From: Eledone cirrhosa
Lineage: Eukaryota
DNA length: 64,000 nt
Assembly (NCBI GenBank): GCA_964016885.1
Contig: OZ024763.1
Coordinates: forward strand, 2,542,001-2,606,000
Direction of reading: 5' to 3'
Both the position numbers and the translations under genes were made by a program. Shown here piece after piece: positions 23,168 to 37,110 of the stretch. The notes beneath the pieces are model-generated. The model had not been told where the DNA came from. It searched no databases and saw only the letters and a list, made by a program, of their open reading frames with translations. Position 1 is the first letter of the stretch; the number at the start of each line of letters is the position of its first letter.

Positions 23168-24038
23168 ATCCTTCTTCCCCCCCTCTCTCTCAAACCTCCA
23201 ACCACCACCTCTTAATCCAGTCTCCCACCTTTCTTTTTCTATCCAACACCTCCCTCAATCTCCACCAACTTCCTCCCTCCCCCTAAGCCCTCTATAAACC
23301 CCTCACCCCCTACAAGGCCCCCTATATCCTCTATAAACCCCCCCCCCCCCTTCCCCAAGCCCTCTATAACCCCCTCACTCCTACAAAGCCCACTATACAT
23401 TCCCCCCTCTCATGCCCTCTATAATCCCCTCACCCCCTACAAGGCCCACTATATCCACTATAACCCCCCCCCAAGCCCTCTATCACCCCCTCACCCCCTA
23501 CAAGGGCCCCTTATATCCTCTCCACCCACCATCCAAGGCCCCCCTATATCCTCCACAAATCCACCTACCTATTATTAGGTCAATGATGTCTGTAAGGAAA
23601 TGGTAATATAACTGATGAAAGAACTTCCCTTCCTCCTCACACTCCTCACACTCCGCCCACTCATCTATTAGAACATGGAGTAAGGACTTACACTCTCACT
23701 CTGTTACTATGGTTACTTGTCTGAAATTTTATTGTCTTGTCTTTGGTGGGGGGACGTGGAGTGGGGGAGGTTGAGTGGGGGAGAGTGTTTTCTTTTGTAT
23801 TTTGTTTACTTTTTACTCTAGTTCTACACCCCCCTTTCTCTCTCTCTTTTCTTACCTCGCCTCCTTCTACCCCCCCCCCCCCCCCACACACACTGCTGCC
23901 ACTGTACCCCACCCCCTTCTATGGCACACTTATATAACATATATACATATATATATATATATATATACATATATATTGCAAAATGTGTGAAATCCTTGGC
24001 ACAGTTAAGTATATTTGAAAAAGGATTTTTTTCAAATA

Positions 24039-24070
<32 letters not shown>

Positions 24071-24115
24071 ATTTAATCAATTATATATATATACACACAC
24101 ATATATATCCATATA

Positions 24116-24172
<57 letters not shown>

Positions 24173-24295
24173 ATGTATTTAATCAATTATATATACACAC
24201 ACATATATATCCATATATAATTATATATATATATATATGTGTGTGTGTATTTAATCAATTATATATACACACACACACACATATATATCCATATA

Positions 24296-24350
<55 letters not shown>

Positions 24351-24353
<3 letters not shown>

Positions 24354-24542
24354 GGTGGATTGGCAGTATTGGTAGAGGGTCGGACGCCATGTTTTGACGC
24401 ATAGAGTTACGGCCCTTGCCATTCTGAGTTCAAATCTCGCCGAGGTTGACTTTGCCTTTCATCCTTACGGGGTCGATAAAATAAAGTACCAGTAATGCAC
24501 TGGGGGTAATTGCTGGCCTTGTGCCAAAAGTAGAAACAATTA
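24351..24542 (+). mobile_element. SINE family B, full length
   Basis: TGGCAGTATTGG A-like box, GAGTTCAAATC B box, tail GGCCTTGTGCCAAAAGTAGAAACAATTA; about ten related copies in the window. Confidence 0.85.
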
Positions 24543-24717
24543 TATATATATATATATATATATATAATTGATTCTTGTGAATTCAATACAACTGCTCTGT
24601 AAAACACCAGATGTTCTGACATTGAGCTATTTCTCTTACTGGTAATAGGGTAGTAATGATTTACTGACCTTCCCTGTTTATAGTTGTTTATAGTATAGTA
24701 TATACATAACTATATAT

Positions 24718-25279
24718 AGACTGAGCATAAGAGGAATCAAATGCTGCGTGCAGGAGAGGCGGTTACGCTGGTATGGACATGTGATGCGTATGAAGGATGA
24801 CAGCTGCATAAAAAGGTGCAGAGCACTAGAAGTTGATGGAAACCGCGGAGTGGGGAGACCCAAGATGACTTGGGATGAGGTGATAAAAGCCGACCTTACC
24901 CAACTACACCTCTCAAAGTCAATGACACACGACCGTGACTTCTGGCGTCACGCAGTAATACAGGGTACCCGACCTCCCATGGGTACATGCTGAAGCATAT
25001 AAACAATATGCCCCCCCCCCCCCACCGCAAGGTGGTCGTGGAGGTGCCACGGCAAAAAAGCACCCAGCCCACACTGTAAAGTGGACGTGTAGGCGCCACG
25101 AAAAAGCACCCAGCACTCACTGTAAATGAGGTTGGTGTTAGGAAGGGCATCCAGCTGTAGAAATCAAGCCAGATCAGTTCCTGTATGAGCAAGGCATGGT
25201 CAGCCGACCAGACACTGCCCACAACAGGACAACCCGTCTAACCCATGCTAGCGTGGAAGAACGGACGTAAAACGGTGAT
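24718..25279 (+). mobile_element. 5'-truncated copy of the same RTE family: ORF end, 3' UTR and (GAT)n tail
   Basis: 24718-24885 identical to the reverse complement of 14516-14683; ORF continues to TGA at 24993. Confidence 0.93.
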
Positions 25280-25472
25280 GATGATGATGATGATGATGAG
25301 TATCCTTAATATTATATACTTATATATATGTATATATATATATATAGTTATATATATAATTTTATATACTTTGCAAGTATTTTTTTATTGTACGCAGCAA
25401 ACTTTGTTTTGAGGTATAATATTTTGTTAGACAAAGATGTATATGCATTTGTATACATGTGTATGTGTACAC

Positions 25473-25514
<42 letters not shown>

Positions 25515-25521
<7 letters not shown>

Positions 25522-26720
25522 CATGTGAGTGTATCTGTGTACACGTGTGTGTCTGTGTGTGTATATATATATATATACATGTGAGTGTATGTGTGTGTAC
25601 ACATGTGTGTCTGTGTGTATATATATACATGTGAGTGTATCTGTGTGTACACATGTGTGTCTGTGTGTGTATATATATACATGTGAGTGTATCTGTGTGT
25701 ACACATGTGTGTCTGTGTGTGTATATATATACATGTGAGTGTATCTGTGTGTACACATGTGTGTCTGTGTGTGTATATATATACATGTGAGTATCTGTGT
25801 GTACACATGTGTGTCTGTGTGTATATATATACATGTGAGTGTATCTGTGTGTACACATGTGTGTCTGTGTGTGTATATATATACATGTGAGTGTATCTGT
25901 GTGTACACATGTGTCTGTGTGTGTATATATACATGTGAGTGTTTCTGTGTGTATATATATACATGTGAGTGTATCTGTGTGTACACATGTGTGTCTGTGT
26001 GTGTATATATACATGTGAGTGTGTCTGTGTGTATATATATACATGTGAGTGTATCTGTGTGTACACATGTGTGTCTGTGTGTGTATATATATACATGAGT
26101 GTGTCTGTGTGTATATATATACATGTGAGTGTATCTGTGTGTACACATGTGTGTCTGTGTGTATATATATACATGTGAGTGTATCTGTGTGTACACATGT
26201 GTGTCTGTGTGTGTATATATACATGTGAGTGTGTCTGTGTGTATATATATACATGTGAGTGTATCTGTGTGTACACATGTGTGTCTGTGTGTATATATAC
26301 ACATGTGAGTGTATCTGTGTGTACACATGTGTGTCTGTGTGTGTATATATACATGTGAGTGTGTCTGTGTGTACACATGTGTGTCTGTGTGTGTATATAT
26401 ACATGTGAGTGTGTCTGTGTGTATATATATACATGTGAGTGTATCTGTGTGTACACATGTGTGTCTGTGTGTGTATATATACATGTGAGTGTGTCTGTGT
26501 GTATATATATACATGTGAGTGTATCTGTGTGTACACATGTGTGTCTGTGTGTATATATACACATGTGAGTGTATCTGTGTGTACACATGTGTGTCTGTGT
26601 GTGTATATATATACATGTGAGTGTATCTGTGTGTACACATGTGTGTCTGTGTGTATATATACACATGTGAGTGTATCTGTGTGTACACATGTGTGTCTGT
26701 GTGTATATATACACATGTGT
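25515..26720. repeat. Dinucleotide-derived minisatellite (~30/52-bp units, ACATGTGAGTGTATCTGTGTGT)
   Basis: Seen directly. Confidence 0.9.
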
Positions 26721-26754
26721 GTGTGTTTGAGGAAATATGTCCTAATTTTCCCTG

Positions 26755-26861
26755 TCAAACTCTCAAATCAGCTGATTCTATATAAACTCCATCTTTGCTG
26801 TTTCTCATCTCAGATCCACCATAACTCCTTCTTTCTTGGATTTTAACCAAATAAAGAGAAC
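26755..26861 (-). CDS. Candidate terminal exon (G)SLYLVKIQERRSYGGSEMRNSKDGVYIESADLRV*
   Basis: Unique island, CAG acceptor with weak pyrimidine tract, open frame in phase with 37811-37943. Confidence 0.25.
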
Positions 26862-27439
26862 CTGGTGTGTGTATGTGTTTGTGTGTCTGTGTGTGTGTGT
26901 GTGTGCCTCTGTGTTTGTGTGTCTGTGTGTGTGTTGTGACTTTGTGTGAGTGTCTCTCTCACACTCTCTCCCACACTCTCTCTCTCTCTCACTCTCTCTC
27001 TCTCACTCTCTCTCTCTCTCTCACTCTGTCAGTCTTTGTGTATCTGTGTGTGTCTGTGTGTATCTTTGTACCTTTGTGTCTGTGTGTGTGTGTGTCTGTC
27101 TATCTGTGTGTATATCTGTATGTGTGCATGTGTCTCTCTCTCTGTCTATCTATGTGTGTGTGTGTGTACGTGTGTGTCTCTATGTGTGTGCGTGTGTCTG
27201 TGTATGCATGCTTTTCTCTGTGTGTGTTTGTGTATATCTATGTGTCTGTCTGTGTTGTGTTTTCTTTAAGATCTATTTAACCCCTTTCCATAACAAACTC
27301 CCTCAAGCTGCCCCAGGTTTTACAATAAACTATTGTTCAAGGTTTTAAAGTGTTTTTATTTATCTACAATAAAAACCTTACAGCATAATTTTATCAAAGA
27401 ACCTTTCTTATGTTCCAAACACCACAAACACCATGAGGA

Positions 27440-27972
27440 GGTTGTTGGTGGTGGTGTTGGTGGTGTTGTTGGTGTTGGTGTTGTTGGTGTTATTGGTGTT
27501 GGTGTTATTGGTGTTATTGGTGGTGTTGGTGTTATTGTTGGTGGTGGTGTTGTTGGTGTTATTGGTGGTGGTGGTGGTGTTGGTGGTGGTGGTGTTGTTG
27601 GTGGTGGTGGTGTTGTTGTTGGTGGTGTTGGTGTTATTGGTGGTGTTATTGTTGGTGTTATTGTTGGTGTTGGTGTTGTTGGTGTTATTGTTGGTGGTGG
27701 TGGTGTTGGTGTTGGTGGTGGTGTTGGTGGTGGTGGTGGTGGTGGTGTTGTTGTTGTTGGTGTTATTGGTGGTGTTATTGTTGGTGTTATTGTTGGTGTT
27801 GGTGTTGTTGGTGTTATTGGTGTTGGTGTTGGTGTTGGTGGTGGTGTTGTTGGTGGTGGTGTTGTTGGTGGTGGTGGTGGTGTTGGTGGTGGTGGTGTTG
27901 GTGGTGTTGTTGTTGGTGGTGTTGGTGTTATTGGTGGTGTTATTGTTGGTGTTATTGTTGGTGTTGGTGTTG
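27440..27972. repeat. (GGT/GTT/ATT)n trinucleotide satellite
   Basis: Seen directly. Confidence 0.9.
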
Positions 27973-28019
27973 TTCTTCTTCTTTGCCTTCTTTTTCTTCT
28001 ACTCCTCCTCCCTCTCCCA

Positions 28020-29185
28020 CTTATTACTGAGAGGGTCCTGGGGGCAGAGCCTTCAAACACTCCTTCCAGCAGGTCCTATCAGAAGCAACCGTTTCCAACT
28101 GATCTCAAACGTGACCAGCCAACCTCATGGATGTTATTCAACCATTTTACTCGGAGTCTACCCCTGGGTCTCCTGCTGGTTGGTTTTACCTGTAAAATCT
28201 GTCCAGGGATTCTTTCCTCAGACATTCTAACCACATGTCCATAGTATCAGAGCTGTGATATCTCAATTCAGAAGTAGTGGCTCTATCTGGAGTGACTCTC
28301 CAGTGATTCTTTCCTCAGACATTCTAACCACATGTCCATAGTATCAGAGCTATGATCTCTCAATTCAGAGAAGTAGTGGCTCTAACTGGAGTGACTCTCC
28401 AGTGATTCTTTCCTCAGACATTCTAACCACATGTCCATAGTATCAGAGCTGTGATCTCACAATTCAGAGAAGTAGTGGCTCTACCTGGAGTGACTCTCCA
28501 GTGATTGTTTCCTCAGACATTTTAAATACATGTCCATAGTATCAGAGCTGTGATCTCTGAATTGAGAGAATTAGCGGCTCTAATTGGAGTGACTCTCCAG
28601 TGATTCTTTCCTCAGACATTCTAACCACATGTCCATAGTATCAGAGCTGTGATCTCACAATTCAGAGAAGTAGTGGCTCTACCTGGAGTGACTCTCCAGT
28701 GATTGTTTCCTCAGACATTTTAAATACATGTCCATAGTATCAGAGCTATGATCTCTCAATTCAGAGAAGTAGTGGCTCTAACTGGAGTGACTCTCCAGTG
28801 ATTCTTTCCTCAGACATTCTAACCACATGTCCATAGTATCAGAGCTGTGATCTCACAATTCAGAGAAGTAGTGGCTCTACCTGGAGTGACTCTCCAGTGA
28901 TTGTTTCCTCAGACATTTTAAATACATGTCCATAGTATCAGAGCTGTGATCTCTCAATTCAGAGAATTAGCGGCTCTAATTGGAGTGACTCTCCAGTGAT
29001 TCTTTCCTCAGACATTCTAACCACATGTCCATAGTATCAGAGCTGTGATCTCTCAATTAGAGAAGTAGTGGCTCTATCTGGAGTGACTCTCCAGTGATTC
29101 TTTCCTCAGACATTCTAACCACATGTCCATAGTGTCAGAGCTGTGATCTCTCAATTCAGAGAAGTAGTGGCTCTATCTGGAGTGA
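28020..29185 (-). mobile_element. Decayed RTE LINE 3' fragment with a 99-bp unit amplified ~10 times
   Basis: Minus-strand unit reads ESLQVEPLLL*IERSQL*YYGHVVRMSEERI, continuing into KPTSRRPRGR. Confidence 0.8.
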
Positions 29186-29371
29186 TTGTCTGAGCTAAAC
29201 ATAATTCTTCAATATTTTCAAAAGTGTCTTTCATCAGGATACATTCTATTTCTATTAATTAATGAAGAATTTTAAGGGATTTATTTAAAAAATTATTATT
29301 TGTTTTATTTACTGAAATAAAATCTTAACATTTAGGTCTTATATAAAGTTATGTTGTAAGATTTTAATTTC

Positions 29372-29583
29372 TCCGTTTAGCATTTAAACCAGCCATATCC
29401 AGCCAGAATTCTCTCACCTCTTTCTGTCAAACCAGTCGTAAATGGACACTCATACTGATGTTAAGGTATTTTTCTCCTAATAAATAATATCAAAATCTCA
29501 TAGATTTGATATTATGTCAAATAAAGCCCTTACCATGAAAATACAACAGTATATATAGAGTAATGTAAATGGTAAAGGGTTAA
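29372..29583 (-). mobile_element. TTAA-type MITE, unexpanded copy
   Basis: Ends AAATGGTAAAGGGTTAA; similar to the reverse complement of 51222-52047 with a single internal unit. Confidence 0.7.
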
Positions 29584-29777
29584 ACAGATATTGTTGTAGT
29601 AATATAAACGGTGTTGTCTGATGCTCTACAGATTCTGCAAATCTACTGCCGTAACTCTGCCATGGATTGTACCTGTAATTCAAAGGCCCAGCTTTGTCAC
29701 AGACTTTGTTATGCTGAATCTCCCTGAGATTTAAGCTAAGGGTACACCTGTTTGTGGAATACTCAACCACTTGCACA

Positions 29778-29968
29778 ATAATTGTTTCTACTTTGGGCAC
29801 AAGGCCAGCAATTACCCCAGTACATTACTGGTACTTTATTTTATCGACCCCGTAAGGATGAAAGGCAAAGTTAACCTCGGCGGGATTTGAACTCAGACCA
29901 TAAAGGGCCGTAACTCTATGCTGCAAAGCATGGCATCTGGCCGTCTACTGCTACCGCCAATCCACCGC
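29778..29968 (-). mobile_element. SINE family B
   Basis: Similarity to 24351-24542. Confidence 0.8.
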
Positions 29969-32900
29969 GTTAATTAAACAGGTTTTGTTGTAGTAACATA
30001 AACGGTGTTGTCAGACGCTCTACTGATCCTGACAATCCACTGCCGTAACTCTGCCAGTACTAAAGCTTATTACTCAGGTATTGTTGTAGTCTAAATGTTA
30101 GAGGCATTATAGAGCAGACTTCATTTAAGACTTTTGATTACAAAAATTCTTGCAAAATTCTGGGATTCTTCCCTATTTTTCTAGGGTTTTTTTCTAGGGG
30201 TTTTCTTTTAGTGTTATCAGCTGTATTGTCTGGCTGACTGATAGGGGGAGAAATTTCACTTCATTTCAATAATACAACAGAAGAATATTTTAGGGAGCTG
30301 GGTGTTTAAAGGGGCTAGGTTAAGGAAGAAAGACATTTAGCTGTTATATCCTCCAGCTTATATTATTGTTACAGGCTTACAAGAAAGACTCTTTTTGCGT
30401 TTTTTTTTCTTTTCTTTTCGGTGGTGGGGGATACCGAAAGAAAGAGGGAGAGAGAAAGAAGCAAAAAAAAAAAGACCCCCCCCCCCCCCCAGGGGGTAGG
30501 GAGATAGAAAATGGTGGGGGTGGGTTCTAGCAACGTTTCCTATATCATTTTGGAACAATTGCTAATTGGTCGACAACAATAGAACTCAAAAGATGCCAGA
30601 AACTCAAGTTTCTTATTTCTCATTTCATTTCATTTAAAGAAATTATTACTGCAATGTGTTGTGGTGTGGTGTGTGTTGTATGGTATGTGGTGTGTTGTGT
30701 GGTGTGGTGGATGTTGTATGGTGTGTGTTGTGATGTGTTGTGTTGTGGATGTTGTGTGGTATTATGTGGTGTTGTGGTGTGTAGTTGTATGGTATGTGGT
30801 GTGATGTATGTTGTGTTGTGGTATGTGGAGTGTATTGTGTGATGTGGTGTGGTGTGTTGTGTTGTGTTGTGTGCATGTTGTGGTGTGTGTTGTTGTATAT
30901 TGTGTTGTGTGCATGTTGTGTTGTGTTGTGTTGTATGTTGTTGTGTGTATGTTGTGTTGTGTTGTAACTCATAACTTCCTAGTTTTGACTGCTCTCTTTT
31001 GCGGTGTAGGCGTGGAAAGTGTATGTGTAAAGGGAGTGTGTGTGTAGGAGTGAATATGTGTGAGTGGAAGTTGGTGTTTGTTGGTGTAGTGGTGGTGTGG
31101 TGTTGGTGTTAGTGTGATATGGTGGTGTTGGTGTCAGTGTGGTGTGGTGGTATGGTATGGTATGATGTGGTGGTGGTGTGGTGGTGTGGTAGTGGTGTAA
31201 TAATCCACTCCTTTCTTAACATGAATTCTTCTGGGTATAATAATAATAATAATGATTTCTTTATGTAATAATAATAATAATAATAGCAATAATAATAATA
31301 TCAACAATAATAATATCTCTCCTTCCTTCCTTCTTTCCTTCCTTTCACTCTCTTACCATCTCTCTCTCTCTCTCCTGGCTCACTTCATTTCTCTCCTTCC
31401 TTCCTATCTTTACCATCTCTCACCTCTCTCTATCCCCCCTCCACTGTCTCATCTCTCTCTCTCTCTCTATCCCCTTCAACTGTCTCATCCCTCACCTCTC
31501 CCCCTCTCTCTATCTCTCCCACACTCTCACCTCTCTCTCTATCTCTCCCACATTCTCACCTCTCTCTCTATCTCTCCCACACTCTCACCTCTCCCCCTCT
31601 CTCTATCGCTCCCCCTCTCTCTATCGCTCCCCCTCTCTCTATCGCTCCCCCTCTCTCTATCTCTCACCTCTCACACTCTCATTTCTCCCCCCTCTCACAC
31701 TCTCACCTCTCCCCCTCTCTCTATCTCTCACCTCTCCCCCTCTCTCTCTCTCTCTCACCTCTCCCCCTCTCTCTCTCTCTCTCACCTCTCCCCCTCTCTC
31801 ACCTCTCCCCCTCTCTCACCTCTCTCCCTCTCTCTCACCTCTCCCCCTCTCTTTATCTCTCCCCTCTCTTTATCTCTCCCCTCTCCCCCTCTCTCTATCG
31901 CTCACCTCTCCCCCTCTCCCCATCTCTCCCACACTCTCACCTCTCATCTCATATTTCCTACTTTTATCATTCATTACTTTCTCCATTCACATATTTATAA
32001 TTATTTATTATTATTATTATATTCATTATATTTATTATTATTATTATATTTATTATATTTATTATTATTATTATATTTATTATATTTATTATTATTATTA
32101 TATTTATTATATTTATTATTATTATTTATTATTATTTTATTTATTTATTTTCATGACTTATTTTTTTATTTAATTTTATATTTTTCATTCCCTTTTTTTT
32201 TTCTTATATTTTTTTTCTTGTATTTTTTTAGTTAAAATTTTTTTCTCAGATAAAAAAACATAACTTAACCTCTTCTCTCTTTCCTTATCTTTCTCCATCA
32301 TCATCATTATCATCACCATCATCATCATCACCACCACCATCATCATCATCACCACCACCATCACCACCATCACCATCATCACCACCACCAACACCACGAC
32401 CACCACCACCACCACCACCACCACCACCATCATCATCACCACCACCACCATCATCATCATCACCACAACCATCATCATCATCATCATCACCACCACCATC
32501 ATCACCACCACCAACACCATCATCATCACCACCACCATCATCACCACCACCAACACCATCATCACCACCACCAACACCACCGTCATCATCACCAACACCA
32601 CCGCCACCATCACCAACACCACCAACACCACCACCACCACCACCATCACCACCATCACCACCACCACCATCACCACCACCACCACCACCATCATCACCAT
32701 CACCACCGTTTTACCTCCATTTCTCCCTCTTTAGTATTTAGTAAACCCAACTAGTTTGGTCCCTTTTTTTATATATTTATAAATTTACTTTTTATAATAT
32801 TTTCCTCTTCACCGAGAAAATAAAAGCAGGTTCGGTGTTTTGGCAGCAATCGGTAGAGCGCCGGACAAGATGTTGTATGGCGTAGAGTTACGGCCCTTTA

Positions 32901-33167
32901 CATTCTGAGTTCAAATCCTACTGAAATTAACTTTGCCATTTATCCTTACAGGAGAGGTGAGGGGTTGATAAAATAAAGTACCAGCAATGCACTGGAGTGG
33001 ATTTAATCTACTGAACCACTTATATATAATGTGTGTATGTATATATGTGTATATATATATATGTGTGTGTGTAAATATATGTGTATGTATATACATGTGT
33101 ATGTATACATGCATATATATACATATATATATATACACACACACACATATATATATACACACATATA

Positions 33168-33753
33168 TCATCATCATCATCATCGTTTAATGTCCATATT
33201 CCACGCTTGCATGGGTTTGGACGGGAGTTTTCCCACTTGAGGCAAGAGTGGTTGTCTTGCTTGCATAGGACTGTCTGGCGGGTTTTCTACAGCTGGATGC
33301 CCTTCCTAACACCAACCACATTTACAGTGTGGACTGGGAGGTTTTTACCGTGTTACCTACACGGCCACATTACAGCGTGGACTGTGTGTTTTTTGTTGTG
33401 ACACCTACACGACCTCATTTGTTTCGGCCTGGATGTTGTGGTACCAACATAACTTTACATTGAAAGGGGTGGTGTGGATGGGGTGGGGGTAGTGGGACGG
33501 GGGTGTATTTTGTTAGAGATGCCTACTGACTGTAGTAGGTTTTACTTTGTATTTAGGTAAGGCGGGTCTTCTCTATTACTGAGTACCGCCAAAGATCTCG
33601 GTCCAGTGACATTGTCTTGGAGAGGTGTAAGTGTGTGAGGTCGGAATTTATCAAGTCGTCCCAGGTTTTTCTGGGTCTGCCTACTCCGTGGCTACCGTCT
33701 ATTTTTATTGCCCTGCACTTTTTTATACAGCTATCGTCCTTCATGGGCATCAC
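33168..33753 (-). mobile_element. RTE LINE 3' fragment (related subfamily)
   Basis: MKDDSCIKKCRAIKIDGSHGVGRPRKTWDD...DRDLWRYSV*, then 3' UTR and (GAT)n. Confidence 0.88.
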
Positions 33754-33791
33754 GTATGTACATACATATATATATATATAAATATGTATAC

Positions 33792-33834
<43 letters not shown>

Positions 33835-33971
33835 GTTAAACAAGGGTCAATGAATACATCAAAGAATGAGTTTTACAATAGATTGGAAGCACTCAACAGC
33901 AAAAAGGTTTTCCAGAGTTATTAATATTAATTCAAAATATTAACAAAATAGATATTCTTGTGATCAATTAT

Positions 33972-34036
33972 ATTTTATTATACATATTTCAGAGGTACTG
34001 AGTTAAGTTCAACAGTACATCCTCATCAGATAAAAT
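33972..34036 (-). ncRNA. Type I hammerhead ribozyme motif
   Basis: Minus strand: ATTTTAT-CTGATGA-GGATGTACTG...CAGTACCTCT-GAAA-TA TG TA-TA-ATAAAAT. Confidence 0.7.
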
Positions 34037-34398
34037 AAGATGATGCATAACATACCCTGACATGGTAGATGGTTAAGATTCAGTCATGGTATGATTATAT
34101 ATGTATGAGCAAGACAAGGTCAGCCGACCGGACACTGCCCACAACAGGACAACCCGTCTAACCCATGCTAGCGTGGAAGAACGGACGTAAAATAGTGATG
34201 ATGATGATGATGATGATGATGAGTTAATCAAGGTAGTTACATAGCGTTACATGTAAAATAAATATTAGTAAATACTAATGTGAGGAAAACGGATGTGAAG
34301 GAGGACTTTAGAATAAAAGACTGGCATCTTCCTTATTACCCAACCCTAGAGAATATGGGTGTGTGTATATATGTATATATATATATGGGTGTGTATGC

Positions 34399-34432
<34 letters not shown>

Positions 34433-34573
34433 GGAGATAGATAGATATGGATGTGTGTGCATATATATATATATAAATATGGATGTGTGTGCATGTATAT
34501 ATATGTGGGTGTGTGTGCATGTATATCTATATATGGATGTGTGTATATATATATATATATATATGGGTGTGTA

Positions 34574-34608
<35 letters not shown>

Positions 34609-34618
34609 GTGTGTATGC

Positions 34619-34650
<32 letters not shown>

Positions 34651-34757
34651 GGAGATAGATAGATATGGATGTGTGTGCATATATATATATAAATATGGAT
34701 GTGTGTGAATGTATATATATGTGGGTGTGTGTGCATGTATATCTTTATATGGATGTG

Positions 34758-34803
<46 letters not shown>

Positions 34804-34814
34804 GGTGTGTATAC

Positions 34815-34846
<32 letters not shown>

Positions 34847-34954
34847 GGAGATAGATAGATAGATATGGATGTGTGTGTGCATATATATATATAAATATGG
34901 ATGTGTGTGAATGTATATATATGTGGGTGTGTGTGCATGTATATCTATATATGG

Positions 34955-35008
<54 letters not shown>

Positions 35009-35018
35009 GTGTGTATGC

Positions 35019-35050
<32 letters not shown>

Positions 35051-35243
35051 GGAGGGAGATAGATAGATATGGATGTGTGTACACATATATATAAGGATGT
35101 GTGTGCATGTATATATATGGGTGTGTGTGCATGTATATCTATATATGGATGTGTGTATGTGTATGTATATATGTGTGCATGCATGTATATATATATATAT
35201 GTGTGTGTGTGTATAGATAAATAAATATGGATGTGTGTGCATG

Positions 35244-35293
<50 letters not shown>

Positions 35294-35314
35294 TCCACGT
35301 AATTATACATGCAT

Positions 35315-35401
<87 letters not shown>

Positions 35402-35426
35402 GTGTATGCATGTATAATTACGTGGA

Positions 35427-35481
<55 letters not shown>

Positions 35482-35697
35482 ATGGGTAGAGATAAATAAA
35501 TATGGATGTGTGTGCATATATATATATATATGTGGGTGTGGGTGTATATATATATGGATGTGTGTGTGTATATATATATATATATTAAAGAGTTAAACAA
35601 GATTCAATGAGTACATCAAAGAATGAGTTTTACAGTAGATTGGAAGCACTCTACTCTATTAATATTTGTATTTTAATATATATATATATATATATAT

Positions 35698-36036
35698 CAC
35701 ATGGCTTAGTGGTTAGAGCATTGGGCTTGCAATCGAAAGGTTGTGGGTTCAATTCTCAGACTGGGTGATGTGTTGTTTCCTTGAGCAAGACACTTTATTT
35801 CACATTGCTCCAGTTTACTCAGCTGTAGAAATGAGATGATAGAGACTGGGGTCCCTATCATTCCACTGCAAAGTGGTCGTGGAGGTGCCACGGCAAAAAA
35901 GCACCCAGCACTCACTGTAAATGAGGTTGGTGTTAGGAAGGGCATCCAGCTGTAGAAATCAAGCCAGAATCAGTTTCCATCCCACCCTTGCAAGCAGGGA
36001 GAAGTGGATGTAAAATGATGATGATGATGATGATGA
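35698..36036 (+). mobile_element. SINE family A
   Basis: Near-identical to 1689-2050. Confidence 0.9.
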
Positions 36037-36402
36037 TATATATATATGAATGTGTGTGTGTGTATGTATATATATATATATATATATAATCACATATATA
36101 TATATATATATATAATCTCTTGGAGATGTTGGACTTTTAGCTTCAATTCTCTTATTGAGCAATTATACTGCCACATAATTGTTACATTATATATCAATAT
36201 ATATATATATTGTGTGTGTGTGAATGTATATATATATAATTGTTTCTACTTTTTTGGCACAAGGCCAGCAATTACCCAGTACATTACTGGTACTTTATTT
36301 TATCGACCCTGTAAGGATGAAAGGCAAAGTTAACCTCGGTAGGATTTGAACTCAGAATGGCTGAGTGTGTGATAGAAGAAAAAAATGAGTGAGTGTATAT
36401 AC

Positions 36403-36438
<36 letters not shown>

Positions 36439-36439
36439 G

Positions 36440-36650
36440 ACCGATGGGTGAAGAAGTGCCAGGAAATGCCAGTGGAAGGAAGACCACGAAAAACATGGGC
36501 AGAGGTGGTGAGAGCAGACCTCAGATAGCTGAAGCTCACGATGAAGATGACGAAGGACCGTGACAAGTGGAGAGATGCTGTGCTGAATAGGACCCGTCCC
36601 ACCCTTGCAAGCAGGGAAGAGCGGACGTAAAATGATGATGATGATGATGA
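36440..36650 (+). mobile_element. RTE LINE 3' fragment whose terminus matches the SINE A tail
   Basis: WVKKC...GRPRKTWAEVV...DRDKWRDAV, then CGTCCCACCCTTGCAAGCAGGGAAGAGCGGACGTAAAATGATG. Confidence 0.85.
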
Positions 36651-36732
36651 TATATATGTATGTATGGCACTAGGAATAACTGGGCAGGAAGAATTGGTCA
36701 GAAGGAGAAATTTATTGAGAGTTCATTCTTTA

Positions 36733-36776
<44 letters not shown>

Positions 36777-36781
<5 letters not shown>

Positions 36782-37110
36782 ATTTACCAAAAAGAAGAAC
36801 AAGTCAACATTTTGGTAAATATCATCTTGGTTAAGAGAGTGGGACTGGCTTTGTGCAGTGCCTTTGCTCACTATAAAAGCTTCACGGCACAGGCATTGCT
36901 TTATATCTGGAGATCTCTCTGCACTTGTCGTCACATGGTACAATGGGCCCAGCACTATGTGTCAATAATTGTCACAAGTGTAGTGTTTGTACCAGAATTT
37001 TCAAGTCGCTGGCTGGACTAAAAAGTCACACTCGTTCAGCGCATCGGTAGGGGTTCTCCTACATGGATATAAAGTAGTGGCCGTACTCGAAAACGAGTTG
37101 GCAGCCACCA
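36777..37110 (+). mobile_element. Non-autonomous RTE-like 3' segment with C2H2 finger remnant
   Basis: Near-identical to 42120-42417; encodes CSVCTRIFKSLAGLKSHTRSAH*; (AT)n tail. Confidence 0.7.

Noticed and set aside
29205-29245. Additional minus-strand hammerhead (also decayed candidates near 20318 and 60420)
   Set aside because: Stem I/III too weak or core box mutated
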